From Rozella allomycis CSF55 (taxonomy: Eukaryota), in assembly GCA_000442015.1 (NCBI GenBank), contig KE560926.1, forward strand, positions 1-64,000: a stretch of DNA of 64,000 nt. Reading direction: 5' to 3'. The first letter of the stretch is position 1. Every line of letters starts with the position of its first letter. Of the stretch, positions 61,601 through 64,000 are shown piece after piece. Below the pieces are notes generated by a model that saw only the letters and a program-made list of their open reading frames with translations, was not told the DNA's origin and did no database searches. Made by a program: the position numbers and the translations under genes.

Positions 61601-64000
61601 ACTCTGCTACTCTCCAAATGCGGATTATAAATGGGAACAACGATATTCACACTAGCCTTCGGATTCACCGCAGGCATCACAATCGTCTGTCCAAACGGCA
61701 CATTCACCATACAATTCACCTTGCAAACACACTCAACACTCTTAACTTCACTATTAGGGCTATAAATATTCAACACACTATTCTTCATCCCTCCAAAATT
61801 CGGTTTAAAATACACACAAACTTTCCTCTTCTCACCAGGTCTCAACACAAGCGCCTCCATCTCCTCTTCAATCAATACCTCCCTTGACCCACTCTGTATA
61901 ATAACAGGCACACTCTCCTTTTCATCTTTATTAATCAGCGTCAAACTCTTTTCAACCTTCTCCATCGACACATCACACACCCCAAAATCTAAGCGGTCTT
62001 CAACTACCTCCAACGCACTAAAACAGCGTCCTTTCAATTTCACAAAATGCTTCTCCCCATACGCCGTCAATATCATCAGCTCATCCTCAATCTCATCCTC
62101 CTCACACTGCGGCTGGAACGTTATCCATATCTGCTGCTTGTTCCTCGGCCCAATAGTCATGCTACCCACACTGCTCGCAAAAAATGAACTCGTTTTGCTA
62201 GGCACAACACTAAATATACAGTTCAAATCCATCCCCGATAAATTAGACACAACCAGCAACGCCTTTCTCTCGTCTTTAACAATACACGTTCCGAAATTCA
62301 GTCTCTGTGCTGATAAATGCAAAACTGGAATATTAAACGCTCTCAATGACAGTCTATTCCATCTTTGATAGTTTATTACCTCTCCAACAGGAATCCATTC
62401 ACATTCCTCACACGCAAATACCCATTAATGTCTCTGCCCATCGTAATCTCCAACGGTCTGGGCGTATACTGGATGCTCAAATTGGCATTCGAATTCGCCT
62501 TCAAAAACACATACCCAGGCTCTGCTACAAACAGATTCGGTGGATATGTTTGCAAACACAGCGATACATCCACATCCGATTTATTGTAAATGTTAACCTC
62601 TTTAGACAAATTAAACTTGTTGAATATCAAACCGGTTGGCAAACTAAATGTTATAGTGGCCGGATCAAGAACAAAATCTCTTTGCTTGTCATTGCCAGAT
62701 GCGATTTCATCAAGAAACGTTATAGAAGAAAATTTCCCCATCAAATCTATTTTAGCGATGTGTTTAATTTACTATTGAGAGAGAACGAGCGCAACGACGC
62801 TGACACTTTACGTTGCCTCTGTGCGATGGTCTCAATATCATCCCTTAATTCTTGGCGCGCAAATACCGTATAAACTGGCGGCTCAACTATATTTTCCTCA
62901 TTAAAAGCTCGTTACCATTTTTATCATCATCAAAATACGGAAGCGCTTGCACCATGCCATTAGCCTTTTTCTTATTAGCATTTGCAAACTTTTTAGATCT
63001 CGTCCATCCAAATTCTGCATTATGCTTTATATCACCCGATTTCCCTGAATCAAACCTAGTAGCATCTTCAACCATCCATTTCCTTCTACGCACAGCATAC
63101 CCGCAATCACCCAAATACTTTTCATTGCCTTCCAAATTGGCCTGCAAAGATGGAAGCTGCGCAATGTGAGAATCAGAGGGCAGCGGATACCATTTGTTCC
63201 AAAACTTGGAAATTGCCTTTACCAGGTGCGGATGGTAGTCTTCATTCATGGATCCGATTTCATCAAACAAATTAAATGATAGCTCTTTGACAGCAACAAA
63301 GAAAGTATTCATTCTTTGTCGATTGCGATTGGTCATATCCAATCGACACAAAAACGACAATACCTCTGCTTGCAACAGGAAATGCACATTCTCATTCAAC
63401 AGATGCAAAAGCACCATGTCAATGTAATCTGCTATATGCTGCTTTATAGCCTTGTTTTCATCACGCATGAAATACGACAAGGCATTCAATATCATTATAC
63501 GATTCTTGGTATGCTCATCAGCAACAAAATACTCCTTGTGTGGCGGCTTCTGTGTATGCACAGCAACAGGAAACAGCTTCACAAACATATTCACAACAAC
63601 AATACAACCCAAACGCAATGAGACACTGTAATTCTCGCCAAATGCGGAATTCAAATAACCAAGCACAACATACGCCAGAAACCTGTTCTGCTCCACCTTT
63701 TATCATCAAAGATATACACCATACTTCATCACTGCTGGCAATATCAGTAACCCGTACGATCAACGCGCGGATACTTTCAGCATTCAGCAACGTGCTTTGG
63801 ATAGCATTGGCGCCCATATTAAATAACATTTTCATAGTGGTCAATCTAATGAATGTCTCGGGAGACTTTAGCGCATTAAGGATATTGTTCCAATGTTCTT
63901 CATAACACTTCATATTCATATAATTCTATTAATGCAATACCAATTCTTTACATAGTCACAAGAAAGCATGGAATATGCTTGTATTATTTGCTTAAAAATT
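52669..64000 (-). CDS. Giant ciliary-type protein with many tandem ASH/Ig-like domains (HYDIN/CFAP47/CFAP65-like) and a helical N-terminal region; 5' end outside window
   Basis: Repeated units of the form LDFG.C......i.i.N.G.....F......F.v.P..G.l......v.i.F.P........l.i......i.l.G.G across ORFs 53091-62744. Exons join in frame through about 22 intervening sequences over more than 3000 codons. Confidence 0.8.
53913..53969 (-). other. Stacked intron array A: 2 abutting GT..AG units (27+30 nt)
   Basis: AGA G|GTAATAATATGCTTTAATAATAATTAG|GTAAATAGAAACCTATTGAATAATCATTAG|GT AAA GTA CCA; removal gives LVNRGKVPLKW. Confidence 0.8.
55385..55468 (-). other. Stacked intron array B: 3 abutting units (28+27+29 nt)
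   Basis: AAA AG|GTAGAAAAAGGTAGAGTAGATAATCTAG|GTAATCAATTGTTAATCTTTGAAATAG|GTATAAATCTTTACTTTTAACATATATAG|G TTT GAT; removal gives KFKRFDFGLC. Confidence 0.8.
56669..56821 (-). other. Stacked intron array C: 5 abutting units (30+30+29+31+33 nt)
   Basis: AAG|GTAAAGGAG..GATTACTAG|GTAAAGTAG..ATTAATATAG|GTAAAGTAG..GATTACTAG|GTGAAAG..GATTAATAG|GTAAATA..TTTTAAAG|GTT ACT; removal gives KRKKVTSFNW. Confidence 0.82.
57644..57792 (-). other. Stacked intron array D: 5 abutting units (28+29+28+32+32 nt)
   Basis: TTC AAG|GTAATAAG..GATAATAG|GTATCTATAC..GAATATAG|GTATCTATAC..GATAATAG|GTAACTTG..TTTCAAG|GTAATGTAC..CTTTTAG|GTT CGA; removal gives NKGNLPFNFKVRPQPG. Confidence 0.82.
58732..58816 (-). other. Stacked intron array E: 3 abutting units (29+29+27 nt)
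   Basis: GAA G|GTAAAAAG..AAATATTAG|GTAAAAG..CATAATAAG|GTAACTAG..GAAATGAG|GT GAT; removal gives EPENGTIEGDGIVYLMIKFQP. Confidence 0.8.
58843..58925. repeat. 41-nt tandem duplication separated by a single N at 58884, with one synonymous difference
   Basis: acagacacttgcgggtcg...tttgc N acagacacttgcggatcg...tttgc (GAC versus GAT on the coding strand). Confidence 0.9.

Noticed and set aside
1-64000. Transposons, viral inserts, rRNA or an alternative genetic code
   Set aside because: No transposase, RT or capsid motifs or terminal repeats seen. In-frame stops in conserved genes are explained by short GT-AG introns under the standard code.

Overview
AT-rich, very gene-dense eukaryotic genomic DNA with about 40 protein genes, one tRNA-Phe(GAA) and dozens of ultra-short (~24-37 nt) GT-AG spliceosomal introns. 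Fungal-type genes (Pbs2-like MAPKK, Fpk1/Nrc-2 kinase, Cox9, Iwr1, Ecm15, Yea4, Bre1) occur together with flagellar genes (CFAP144/FAM183, an ARMC2-like gene, a giant HYDIN-like ASH-repeat gene). This points to a zoosporic early-diverging fungus; a rozellid such as Rozella fits, but that is inference. Several real genes are absent from or only partly covered by the ORF track because they are split by micro-introns or run off the window (Cnd1, MON1, COX9, UBC9, RPS28, CFAP144, RPL39, AMMECR1); a short Tom6-like ORF is also missing from it. The most striking observation is in the giant minus-strand gene (52669 to >64000). Five intervening sequences are built from 2-5 complete 27-33 nt GT..AG intron units placed back-to-back with no exon between them (18 units in total). 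All five sit at exon junctions that read AG|GT, whereas the ~17 other introns traced in that gene are single and lack that context. This suggests stacked, recursively spliced micro-introns generated by tandem duplication. Two near-identical tandem duplications split by a single N look like both alleles of a heterozygous site assembled in tandem. Gene identities come from recognised motifs, not database searches, and exon boundaries were traced by eye.
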